DNA of 64,000 nt from a virus (taxonomy: Duplodnaviria; Heunggongvirae; Uroviricota; Caudoviricetes; Crassvirales): IMG/VR virus record IMGVR_UViG_3300032053_000036, positions 1 through 64,000 of that record; one strand, 5' to 3'. Positions 36,501 through 45,700 of this stretch are shown piece after piece (positions within the stretch are counted from its first letter, which is position 1; each line of letters starts with the position of its first letter). The notes under the pieces were generated by a model that made no database searches, was not told where the DNA came from, and saw only the letters and a program-made list of their open reading frames with translations. A program made the position numbers and the translations under genes.

Positions 36501-39013
36501 TTACAACAAATAATAAAGTTTTAATATTGACTGGATCGTATATTGATGGTAGTCAGTATATAACTCAGTATGATTATCTCACTGGTTCTGTAGAAGTTGA
36601 TATTCAAGTTTCTCCAACTATAAATAATCCTTTTGGGTTATTTGAAGATAGTGGAGACATTTACATAATGGAAACATTTCCTCCAGGAAATGTGTATAAA
36701 ATTGATCTTACGCCTCCTTATGGACTAACTTCAATGGGAAGTACAATATCCTATGTAAATGGTGCATCACAAGTACCAAGTTGCCTAACAGTTTCTTTTG
36801 AAGCAACTACTACCACAACAACCACCACTATAAGTGGGCCTAGATCATGGTATATTGATGGTAGAGGAAAAGGATGTACTGATTGTACAGATTTAATATT
36901 TATTGGATCATTTAGAAACGTTGAACCTCTTACTGTTGGTAAATGGTATTTGTTTGATGGTGCTCCTGATTTTCCATCACCAACAAGACTTCTTGTAGAA
37001 AATGTGAATCCTGTTGAGCCATATGCACCAAGTTTCTTTGTTCATGATGCAGATCAACTTGCTACTTGTGAGGATGTTATATGTCCTACAACAACTACAA
37101 CTACTACCATACCACCTACAACAACTACTACAACAACAGTTCAAAACTTTGCTAAATGTGCTGATTGTACTCCTACATTATCTGATGTTACAATTAATGG
37201 TGTTGGTTTATTAGGTGTAGGTAATATGATTTCTAGTCTATGTACTCTTGGTGATTATGTTATAGATTGGTATTTAGATAGTGCATCAGGTCCTATAGAA
37301 TTTACATCTGGTAACACTGGTAATACAGATCCTGCCATTCAACAGTTCCATCCATTTACAGGAAGTGCAGCAAGACCTTCTAAAGGAGGATCTTGGATTC
37401 CTGTAATCAGATATGCATTCTTAGATGGTATAGAATATACTTCTGTAATAACTCCAGGGGTAGCATACGCAAGTGATCTTGCAACATGTCTTGCACCAAT
37501 AACAGTTCTAGATCTTAATTGTACTAATGGAACAAATACCACTGTAGGATTTGAACAATACTCTCACAAGTTTGCATATTTAAATGGTAATCAAGTTGCA
37601 TCAGATGCTTCTAAATCATTAGTGTTCACTCTTAACTCTGATGGATCTACACAATACTTTGCATGGTATTTTGCTGGGTATAATGTAGCTGATAGGATTA
37701 AATTTACATATGTAAGTCCTTTGAACAGTACATCAAATCTTCTTCAAGATTTTGCAATTGGGTATGATGTTTCAACTAACTTCACAGGAACAACTAAGAA
37801 AGTAAGTTCTGGTACTTATAAGTATGTAATAGACTTTACAGGAATAACGTATGCTACAGGTGATTATATTTTAATTGATATTATAGCAAACTATGTAACG
37901 CTTACTACTAATACAAACTGGACAGTATATTTCAAATGCTTAACAACATTTGATACAACATGGGCAGCTACAACAGGATTAGTTCCTTGTAGTTCAACAA
38001 TGACATTTAATCCTACCACATGTTTAATATCAGCAACTGAAACTGTTACAGGTTATTTTGACAAGAAAAATACAGACATCTATAAATATCTTGTTACAGT
38101 TGATTCAATAGCTGGAAATACATCTCCTAGTGAAGCTGTTCCAACAACTAGTGCTCTTCTTAGTGCAGGAAAATATGATTGTACTTATGGTTGTAGTGCT
38201 GGTGGTTCAATAAATTACAACCCTGCTTGTGCACCAGCTACAGGAACAATTACTTTTAGTAGAACAAATGACACTTACACTCTTGTTTACAGTAATATTG
38301 CTGAGTACAATAAAGCATTAAATGATTATAATGCTGCGCAAGCTTCATTATCAGCAACATACACAAGCGATCCAACAAACATAAATCATTATAAGTTCTA
38401 TGAATTCTTCTTTTATAAATTTAATAATGATAGTTGTGGCGATACAACAATTACAAATCGTAATACAATTGTACACTATGATTCAACATTTACATTTGAT
38501 TTAGGAACACTTACATTAACAGTGGTAGCAGTTCCTATTGATGCATCTGCATATTATGCAACATTACCAACCAGTGATTGTAATGGAAATTGTGATAATT
38601 TAATATTAGTTGGAATTGCTAATTCTGCAGCAGGATCTGGTACAAGTGCTCCTATCACTACAGGAACAGATGTTGTTCATCCAATTTGTGGATTTGGATA
38701 TTGTCAAACTATAGGGCAAGATGTAAAAGCAAATGTATATAGACTATATGTATACAACTTACCATATTGGCCAATTGTACCAATTACTATAGCTAACAAC
38801 TGGCATAGTCAAAATATAAATCCAAGTGCAGCTATAAATAGAGCATATTATTATGACTATAATTTAGACTTTAATATTACTAACGTTCTTGATCCAACAA
38901 ATAACTTTAATGTTAGTAATCATTTAAGTGTAGATGGTACATACAATTCAACAGGTACAGTGGTGTATGAAAAAATAGCAGGAGTGGTAACAACACCAAT
39001 TGGAGGATGCTAA
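30494..39013 (+). CDS. Giant modular receptor-binding/tail protein (2839 aa) with at least five poly-Thr/Ser linkers and repeated Cys-rich modules.
   Basis: Uninterrupted 8.5-kb ORF. Linkers at about 35480-35640, 36033-36090, 36805-36830 and 37087-37140. Many Cys pairs. Confidence 0.55.
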   Translation: MAGEETTNQGNNINPEYNVGRLGLNMDQSVNQIPKGTLSYALNAAVENFDANSVNYQNEPGNEFCLNFPTGYHLIGEHFINEKSKHVFFLANPDSEESEIGYMDNTDCVYRTFVNAKCLNFNIKNPIHKVVHKISNCTTEIYWTDGLNPRRYVDLEDITKIYTVTPGTDVCDNQRLPIIDCNKFKIQPNFEIPELSIVDVRNGGDLTAGTYQFAIQYCDSLGTGYTSYYSVTNPTPIFDPNKVTLDFNYQVGKSIVVNINNIDITGYFQFFNVAVIKTVNNISSVELVGTYFIDRVTKEIIYTGQNVTQIRLTIDDIFEKFPYYDVAQDITAVQDILVWDNLTSAERINYQQIANRITLQWQSYRIPNTETYADELNATNLRGYMRDEVYAFEIVFLLRNGKQTDGFHIPSRAVNPQDVVLVDETNQDFIGEPETTVGNLGYSPYWKIYNTAYKVADAPGKTGLSSYKGDWEYGEFAYWESTETYPCNEEVWGDLSNQPIRHHKFPDVLVSPIFESPTIAIDGNGKYAPVTQKDAIYPLGVKLDVAQVLTLIQQSNLTADQKAEVVAFKIVRGDRGTNKSVIAKGILRNVGKYSREGTDYYYPNYPYNDLRPDPFINDASNAYTTAFISGLNASITCRSFTITAKTDSVIEYQSCATTLTDTIEVKAGEVKEVCSFDFPKPKIISGQAFITCNTYKRYSIYARGGEFNITWPHIPGVNNWPYFRPIGTNQADPDNYPYGAPPLGYSSWELYCIDNPGNTACASCLNPNATWNPGWPTEFWYSHYCGRYDARDCGYTWYVDSIVPPVWNGVGYTSFIIKEVASFNKGNCTPNPLDGFKFPEAAYRLVFNSPETSFGQPFLGNILRLENVMYGAGHAHFVQVKGNANYKLLTAEAQGDALDSSLNLANITGTFDPAAMFVAYQAYLTIYVNGITRRNYAYSFNSIAGYDYSSIIANGLGVKQREIDLTQYLIPVVQNVGDDHSINNWYRESSVYIKTNSNTDTYDVPYIVYEICNNSIFPLNNLRVQITDPATGVTIVTIPGASTCINYNSTTYPVRISGPSTYTITALGNGVQPVALTRSALPFPSNTPSLSPGGVSLIEDDTRFILSDATRGGDCNKPQKELDTKVVAYYASMKNDFVNQWGQMYSYDTIDTGFQRNIDLQKALNPYAQGTVTVFGGDTFINKFAFKTKLPFFIDNRVNAPDDSDIFYDEIGNVAYPTYWHSARSVLGNYFAGNVVGTSDVDMTNMISIKAHNFDCPNSQTPKANNPGRTYYDGKFYLFAYGVPSFYCESVVNVDLRQAFNNREGEFWPHVSTSIPDDWFQENFVTIAQDNTYYYNVTFSKQNRENYFSHLPVDWEKKLCYTYYPFRAIYSDMQIDIVTNQTNNWLIYRPVSYFDFPQNYGKLTSLDGVQNKEILARFENKTLLYNQLITIDTSNPKAAYIGNSKLFEGAPPVDFADTDLGYIGCQNKMLLKIPQGQVTVDAKRGQIFLLTGQGAKDLSAFGSGLNRFFTDHLAFEILRYFPEVDTDNHFDGIGLHGVYDSKYDRIIITKLDYIPVAGKNVMFDAINNKFYVERILGNATIIDEVFVTDYEYFCNKSWSLSFNFNTNSWISFHSYIPNWYVAENNFFYSGLNGGCDIAAIAYEEVIYTTSSTTTPCIGCKPPESTTSTTTVYVDCDLEGTAILEPEPTTTTTSSSSTSTSTSTSTTTITTTLCPSCSTYTVTNSTAFSQPVTITSCYTNEEFVVYVSANSFINICSCIPPEVTIGVTQSLLAEECVGCFCYTVTNDTGKDSDFSYTTCNGVDLTLSILNGQSLQVCAQQFSVTSFFPVLIEGGMLPCSVDGDCTPIPTTTTTSSSTSTTTTTTTVGPISVPLCAVLYNDTDGLIYYYNLITDTSTLLPVPATSSMYNLDIAHTQNKLWTLSTNKLLEWDITLTPFTAVYNRNITLPHIVGVGLGAINDTTLISVNPLTTPQSVVTLDISITPATSTYKFDMIANRTVAGDILLTTNNKVLILTGSYIDGSQYITQYDYLTGSVEVDIQVSPTINNPFGLFEDSGDIYIMETFPPGNVYKIDLTPPYGLTSMGSTISYVNGASQVPSCLTVSFEATTTTTTTTISGPRSWYIDGRGKGCTDCTDLIFIGSFRNVEPLTVGKWYLFDGAPDFPSPTRLLVENVNPVEPYAPSFFVHDADQLATCEDVICPTTTTTTTIPPTTTTTTTVQNFAKCADCTPTLSDVTINGVGLLGVGNMISSLCTLGDYVIDWYLDSASGPIEFTSGNTGNTDPAIQQFHPFTGSAARPSKGGSWIPVIRYAFLDGIEYTSVITPGVAYASDLATCLAPITVLDLNCTNGTNTTVGFEQYSHKFAYLNGNQVASDASKSLVFTLNSDGSTQYFAWYFAGYNVADRIKFTYVSPLNSTSNLLQDFAIGYDVSTNFTGTTKKVSSGTYKYVIDFTGITYATGDYILIDIIANYVTLTTNTNWTVYFKCLTTFDTTWAATTGLVPCSSTMTFNPTTCLISATETVTGYFDKKNTDIYKYLVTVDSIAGNTSPSEAVPTTSALLSAGKYDCTYGCSAGGSINYNPACAPATGTITFSRTNDTYTLVYSNIAEYNKALNDYNAAQASLSATYTSDPTNINHYKFYEFFFYKFNNDSCGDTTITNRNTIVHYDSTFTFDLGTLTLTVVAVPIDASAYYATLPTSDCNGNCDNLILVGIANSAAGSGTSAPITTGTDVVHPICGFGYCQTIGQDVKANVYRLYVYNLPYWPIVPITIANNWHSQNINPSAAINRAYYYDYNLDFNITNVLDPTNNFNVSNHLSVDGTYNSTGTVVYEKIAGVVTTPIGGC

Positions 39014-39027
39014 TAAATAATTAAACT

Positions 39028-39909
39028 ATGTCAAAAGTAATAACCATAAAATTAACAAAGGCAGGATCAAGAACTGGTCCTTTTGATGTAACAGATAACT
39101 TTGGTGACGTCTTAGGAACTTCTGTTCCTAAGAGTTCTCTTATTGCAGGGCTTACAGTTACAATAGATGATGGTGTATCTGTTATAATAATAAAGTCTGT
39201 AAAGGGATGTGGTACAAACTGCGAGGTGGAAATAAGAATTCCTATTACACAGCTTACAATATTAGATGTTGTAGGACTTACGTTCACCAATACAAACACT
39301 GCATCACTCTGGAGACATCTTACAAACCCAAGGATATACAACTACTATTATAATACAATATATCCTTACATAATAGAATATCCTTTTACATATCAGTTCA
39401 ATGATGAAATCTTACAGAATGTAAAAGACTACACTAAGGCATATCAATATCTTGACATGCCTGATGGTGTATGGAATTACAATAATAGAATTGAGACAGA
39501 TGATGTTTGGTTTAACAAAGCTGTTCTATATAATGGTCAGCAGTCTTCTGGTGTGTTAGAACTTGTTCCTAAACCATTACGTAATCTCAGTGAATACATG
39601 AAATATCCTATTTACAACACTGATAGTAAAACAATCACTTACACAAAGAGTGATAACTTCTATCAATACAATACATTCTGGTCTTTGGTGAAAGACAAAA
39701 GAACACCTATGTTTGTAACAGACTGTTGTTCAACTCTCTCCTTGGATAAATTAGTGAACCAACCAAACATGGACTATGGAAAAAGATCATTTAAGAAGGA
39801 ACCTCTAAGAGCAAAAGAATTAAAAGTAAGACACATATTAGATAATCGCTCAGATGCACATTTAACTAGTCAGTTCATTGTGACTCCAGCACAAATCTCT
39901 TATAAATAA
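39028..39909 (+). CDS. Tail accessory protein (293 aa) whose N-terminal module is shared with 25746..26915.
   Basis: MSKVITIKLTKAGSRTGPFDVTD versus MTVTITLTIAGADTGPFLLFSD. Confidence 0.45.
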   Translation: MSKVITIKLTKAGSRTGPFDVTDNFGDVLGTSVPKSSLIAGLTVTIDDGVSVIIIKSVKGCGTNCEVEIRIPITQLTILDVVGLTFTNTNTASLWRHLTNPRIYNYYYNTIYPYIIEYPFTYQFNDEILQNVKDYTKAYQYLDMPDGVWNYNNRIETDDVWFNKAVLYNGQQSSGVLELVPKPLRNLSEYMKYPIYNTDSKTITYTKSDNFYQYNTFWSLVKDKRTPMFVTDCCSTLSLDKLVNQPNMDYGKRSFKKEPLRAKELKVRHILDNRSDAHLTSQFIVTPAQISYK

Positions 39910-42764
39910 TGCCTGACAAAAAACCCAAATATCAAACTCTGCCAGGAGTAATTATAAACGCTAAGCGTAAGTATAAAACGCTTCCAGGAATCACTGTGAA
40001 CGCTAAGACTAAAAAGAAAGCATCAAGTACAACAGATTGGAAGATGACTCCTTCAAGAAATGTATCAGAGTCTACATCTCCAGCATCAACAAGACTTAAG
40101 CAAAATATTGAATTAGAGAATGATGTTGATCAGTATAAAAGAATGAATCGTGATGGGCTGAAAGAAATATCAAAAGAAGATTTTAATAATATCCCAGAAC
40201 GTGATACTAGATCTTGGTGGAGTGATTCTAGAGCAAAAGAAAGAGGGGATGCTTTTTGGAATGGTACAAAAAAAGTAACAGCAGTTGGTCAATTTTCTCC
40301 TGAGCCAGTATCAAGATATTCATCAATTGCATTAAACTCATTAATGGGAGCAGCAGATACATACTTCTCAATAGAAGATGGTGATCTTACTAATGCAAAA
40401 ATTAATGCAATTGGAGCAATTCCTCTTCCAGGATATGGTAGCATTAAAGCATTAAAAAATGTGCCAGGTCTTAGCAATAGACAAAAACTTAGTATATTAA
40501 AAACATCCTTGTCAACACTTGGAGTTGATTTATTTGGAACAGTTGCAGATCTTACAGATAACTTTGGTCTTGAACAACAAAAGAATGGTGGAACTTCTAG
40601 CAAAACAGTAACTTGTACATGTGGACATTCCTGGGATAAATCAGATTCTAGTAAGAAGGATGCAACAGTGTGTCACATCTGTGGAAAGAATAATATGAAA
40701 GATGGTGGTTGGTTAGATAAATATCAAGATGATATCACTCCTGCTAAAGCTCAGAAGGGTAATAAAGTTATTATAGATGGAAAGGAGTATGATACAGATA
40801 GTAATGAGTATAGAAATATGCTTGATAAGGGACAAGTTGGTACAATGAAAGATGATGTTTGGTATGGTAATAAATCAGAACTTCAACCAGTTACAATTTA
40901 CAGTAGTAAAGATAAAAACACTCAAAAGTTTTATGATAGATTAAAAGATGAAAATGGTCTTACAACTTATGAATCATTATTAAAACTAGGAGCAAAATAT
41001 GGAGCTCCTCATGTTACTATAAAAGATAAACCTGGTTTTTTTGATCCAAAGTATACTAATTACCCAGATAGAGTAAGACCTCATTACGATCCTCTTTCTC
41101 AAAATATAACTTTAGGAAATGATCCTTATACCTGGTATGATGAATATATATCAGAATTAGCACATCAAAAACAATTAATGAATAAAGGAGCTTTAGATTT
41201 TGTAATGAGAGGTGTAGAAAACTTTCCTCGTATTGTAAAAAATAAAATTGATCCAAATAAAAAAGGTTATAATGAAGAATATGATATTCCAGGATCTATA
41301 GAATATGAAGCTCATAAAAAAATTGAACCTGAATTAATAAAAGAATTTGATGATATATGGTATAAAAAATCTTATGAGGGAGATTATTATGAAAAGCCTG
41401 GTACATTTAGTTCATCTAAACCTAATGCAACATTTAAATCAGGAGGTTGGTTAGATAAATACGGTAAAGAAATAAACGCTAATGAAGGACGTTCTTCTGC
41501 TCCAGAGAACTGGGTAGGAGAAGGATATAGTAATGTAGGTAGAAACTATTCTCCTGCATGGGGTGGACAGTTTGCAATGGGAGGTTCTCTTCCTGGTTCT
41601 GTAGGATTCACATACGCACGTACACAAGACGCTGCTCCTGTTAATGGTCCTTATGCTAAGAAGACAAAAGCTTCTGCACAGAATGGACAAGTGCCTTACA
41701 ATATAAATGATATACAATCAGAACTTCGTAATTTTATTAAACAAGGAGAAAAATTAAAAGAATACCCTAATATAAAAACAAATATATACAAAAATAAATT
41801 ACTTACAGATAAATTGAATAATTTAAATAATAGTATACCTAACTATTCAACTGTTGTAAAAAAACAAAAAGAAGGTGGAATAATAGAAGATGATAGAGGA
41901 CAATGGGCACATCCTGGAAAGATAACAAAGATCAACTCTAATCAAATAACAATGAAAGGTGTGGACTATCCTGTACTAGGAATATCAGATGCAGGTGATC
42001 AACAAATGATGTACCCAGAACAAGAATATACATTTAAAGGAAAGAAGGTTACAGAATTCCCTATGGCTCAAGATGGTACAAGGATGCCCATATATACAAC
42101 AGATCCTAAAAAGATACAGGCATATGCTGATAGTTTAGCATTACACAATATATCATTAAATTGTTTTAATTTAACTAAAAAATTTGCTGAAACACTTGGA
42201 AAAGGAAAAGATTATAATAAATCTGTATTAGCACAGAAAGCAGCAAATGATGCAGAACTATGGAGAACTGATGTTACAAATAGTTATAATAACCTTTCTA
42301 GTTTAAATAAAAAAGAACCTACTCCTGTAGAACGTATAGAAAATATTCCTCTAAGTGAACAAGAGAAGAAAGGTTGGGATATTCATGGGATTTATTCAGC
42401 TGAGCTATATAAAAAACCAGTACAGCCATATATACTAAAAAAAGAAGAAGAACCTACATTAAAAAGAAAACCTGTAAAGGTGGAAACTATAAAGTCTAAG
42501 TCTGCAAGCACACCAGGTTTAAAAACTATACCAGGCACTCCTGTAGAACAACAACCTGTTCCACAGAGAGGAGAATACAGAGTGAGCTATTACAATCCTG
42601 ATATAAAAGATTGGAGTGAACAAGCGTTCCAGACAGAAAAAGAAAGTGAAAAGTTTGCTAGTGAGATGAGTGGACGAGGATATGGAGGTTCATATGGCAA
42701 TGTCACTCAAACTAGAAAAGTTAACAAAAAAGAGAATGGTGGTTGGTTAAGTCAATATAAATAA
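39909..42764 (+). CDS. Cargo/ejection-type virion protein 1 (951 aa) with a zinc ribbon and GGWL(D/S)xY repeats.
   Basis: CTCGHSWDK...CHICGK ribbon, GGWLDKY x2 plus a C-terminal GGWLSQY, GAIPLPGYG motif, Lys-rich composition. Confidence 0.45.
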   Translation: MPDKKPKYQTLPGVIINAKRKYKTLPGITVNAKTKKKASSTTDWKMTPSRNVSESTSPASTRLKQNIELENDVDQYKRMNRDGLKEISKEDFNNIPERDTRSWWSDSRAKERGDAFWNGTKKVTAVGQFSPEPVSRYSSIALNSLMGAADTYFSIEDGDLTNAKINAIGAIPLPGYGSIKALKNVPGLSNRQKLSILKTSLSTLGVDLFGTVADLTDNFGLEQQKNGGTSSKTVTCTCGHSWDKSDSSKKDATVCHICGKNNMKDGGWLDKYQDDITPAKAQKGNKVIIDGKEYDTDSNEYRNMLDKGQVGTMKDDVWYGNKSELQPVTIYSSKDKNTQKFYDRLKDENGLTTYESLLKLGAKYGAPHVTIKDKPGFFDPKYTNYPDRVRPHYDPLSQNITLGNDPYTWYDEYISELAHQKQLMNKGALDFVMRGVENFPRIVKNKIDPNKKGYNEEYDIPGSIEYEAHKKIEPELIKEFDDIWYKKSYEGDYYEKPGTFSSSKPNATFKSGGWLDKYGKEINANEGRSSAPENWVGEGYSNVGRNYSPAWGGQFAMGGSLPGSVGFTYARTQDAAPVNGPYAKKTKASAQNGQVPYNINDIQSELRNFIKQGEKLKEYPNIKTNIYKNKLLTDKLNNLNNSIPNYSTVVKKQKEGGIIEDDRGQWAHPGKITKINSNQITMKGVDYPVLGISDAGDQQMMYPEQEYTFKGKKVTEFPMAQDGTRMPIYTTDPKKIQAYADSLALHNISLNCFNLTKKFAETLGKGKDYNKSVLAQKAANDAELWRTDVTNSYNNLSSLNKKEPTPVERIENIPLSEQEKKGWDIHGIYSAELYKKPVQPYILKKEEEPTLKRKPVKVETIKSKSASTPGLKTIPGTPVEQQPVPQRGEYRVSYYNPDIKDWSEQAFQTEKESEKFASEMSGRGYGGSYGNVTQTRKVNKKENGGWLSQYK

Positions 42765-42787
42765 TTAATTTTAATAAAATTTGCCCA

Positions 42788-45700
42788 ATGGTAAAAAAGT
42801 TTTTAAAAATAGCAGGTGTTAAGACAGAACAAGAGTTCTATAATAAATATCCTTCAGAGGGTGCTTTCTTTAAAGCTCATCCTGAGGCCAAAGATTTTAA
42901 ACAGTATAAGCAAGGTGGTCAGATGAAAAAGCTGAACCAACTCACTAACTGGACTAATGATGTAGACAACATGATTCCAACAGCCCAATATGGTTGTAAG
43001 GGAAAGAGTTGTACACAGACAGGAGAAGGTATAAAGAAACATGATAGTAGACTTGGTCTTGATGATACTCATTCTGGTAGTGGTGGTTTTATAGACTATG
43101 CTGCATATAATGCTCCTAGTACATGGGAAGAACTTCAAACATATAACGAAACTAATCCCAAGGACAAAGCTTTTAAAAATCAGCTCAAAACTTTACAGGG
43201 TCAGTTTCCAGGATTGACACAACAGCAAATGCTTGCTGCTGGTGCAGATTCTGCTAGAATCAGACAAAGAATGGGAAACCTTCCTAGATATGATAAGCCT
43301 GAAGAACAGACATATGATAAAGCATATCATCAGTTTTACAGACCATTGATGGATCAATCGAAGCCTGTAACCATTCCACAAATCCTTCAGTTTCAGTCTC
43401 AACAGCCTGGTGGACTAGAAGGATATGAAGGAACAGTAAGAAGTAACTATGGTAAAAAGAAAGCACAGAATGGTGCTCCTATAGGAAGCTATATGTCTTC
43501 TCCTTCCTATGAAACTAAAATGATGAACTTCTCAGAATACATGAATCCTGTAGATAAGATGATTACAGGTTCTACACAGGAAGAAAGAGATGCTGCAGCA
43601 AAGAAACAAGCTGAAGATGCTGCTAAACAAAAATCTGGTGGAGGTGGAGGATTAGGAAACATATTAAATATGGCTAGTCAGTTTATGGGGAAAGGTGCAG
43701 GAGGAAGTGATATGGGTGCAATAGGTGCTTCTGCATTAGGTGGTGTTGGTAAAGGAAAGAATGGTCTTAAAAGAGCACAGATAGGTCTTAATCAACCACA
43801 GAACGGATCTATGCCAAGTAATAATAATCCATATATGTATAATAGTCTTCAACCACTTGGAGGAAGTCAACAGGCTGTAACGAACCCTTATCAAAATCCT
43901 CTAATGCTTGATCCTAATCAAACAGGAACATTTGAACAACAAGTAGCTGGGTCTGCAGGAGCTGTAAATCCAAAAAAGAAATTTAATCCTCTTGGAGCAA
44001 TTCCTATTGCAGGACAAATATTTGGTGGTATACAACAAATTAAAGCAGCTAAAACAGCAGAGAAAGAAGCTAATAAGCAATTTCAACTTAGTGGTCTTAC
44101 TAAACAAGCAGGTCTCACAAGAGGAGAACCTATCAAAAGGAAGTATGTAAGACCAGAAGATCAAGTTATAAATGAAAATGAAATGTTTCCTACATATGGT
44201 GTAGGAACAAACTATATAGCTGAAGATGGTGCTGAGGTTACAAGAGGTGGTATAGGTGGTAATCCTACAGAGATTCAAAACATGTACAACCCTTATGATC
44301 TATTCAAAGACCTTGGTTATGAATCTCTTGAGGATTCTGAGAGAGTTAAACAATATCAAGGTGGTGGATTAGTGAGTGGTTCTCAGTTTGGTCAAATAGG
44401 CAATCAACTTGGTGCTATGGTAGGTGGTGGAGGACAAGGTACTCCTGGAGGATGGAGTCAGGCATTGGGTGCTATTCCTGGTCCAATAGGAATGATAGGT
44501 GGTATGGTTGGTTCTGTAATAGATGGAAAACAACAAGCTAAAATTAGAAACTTCCAAGAAAGAGCTCAGAAGAATGTTGTTGATACAGCAATGCAACAAG
44601 GTATGCAGAATGTACAAAGTCAATATTCAAATGTGATGGAAGATGGTGGATATGTAAGTCATGATTGGCAGCCACAAGTGATTTCACAATTTGATGGTGT
44701 TCCTATTAAGAGTCTTTTAACAAAAGATCCTATGATGGATACATTGAGAACTGGTGGAAACATTACACAAAATAATATGTTCTCTACAGATCAATACGCT
44801 ATGGGTGGGGAATTGAAAACTACATGGGGTGGATATGCAGAACCTATATCACACAATCCTTATCTCCCAGGAACAGGAGAAACTGTGATGTTCAGAGGTA
44901 AATCTCATGAAGAAGGTGATGGTAATGGACATACAGGAATAGGAGTTAAGTATGGTGGAGGAGACCATGATAGCTATACAGACTATGCTGAATATGGTAC
45001 AGAGCAAGCTGATGCTGATGTTGAAGTTGAAAGAGGTGAGCCTGCTCAAGAAATGATGGACCCTCAGACAGGGGAAAAGAACATGGTGGTATATGGTAAC
45101 CTCAAAATACCAAACCAATACCTTTCTGAGATAGGAGATCCAAAAGCTAAAGGTAAGAAGTTCAAAAACTACGTAGCTGATCTCTCTAGACAGGAAGCAA
45201 GACATAATAAAACAGTAGAGAAAAACATGAACACAGTTGATGAAATGGATGACATTACATCATTTGATCAAATGAAGTTCTTGTCTGCTAAAGCAAACAT
45301 AGATGGAGCTAATATGAAACTAAAAAATATTGCTGAAAAGAAAATGAATGCTTCTGCTGTGCAGAATGCAATCAATGAAGCTGCGCAAGAGCATGGCTTA
45401 GATGCTGATTCTCTAGCAAAGGGTAAGTTCAGGATTGACAAGAAAGCTATGGATGAATCTGCTAAATGGGGAAAGAGTATTAAGAAAGCTCAGAATGGTA
45501 CAACTGAGGGTAATTTTGTAGGACCAACTCCTACTGATTATTTAGATGGTCTATATGAGCAATCTAAAAATGAAACAAATAAAAACCTTCGTAAGAAATA
45601 CACTGAGATATTTCAAAAGGAATTTCATAGATTTTATCCTGAACAAGCTAAAGAAATAATTCTAGGTTCTTCAGATGTTACCACTAAAGGTAAAAAGATG

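Noticed and set aside
35480-37140. Repetitive ACN-codon tracts as CRISPR or mobile repeats.
   Set aside because: They are in frame and encode poly-Thr/Ser linkers inside a continuous ORF, with no spacer-repeat periodicity.
39021-39341. Minus-strand 106-aa ORF.
   Set aside because: It overlaps the start of the plus-strand gene 39028..39909, which has the shared N-terminal module.
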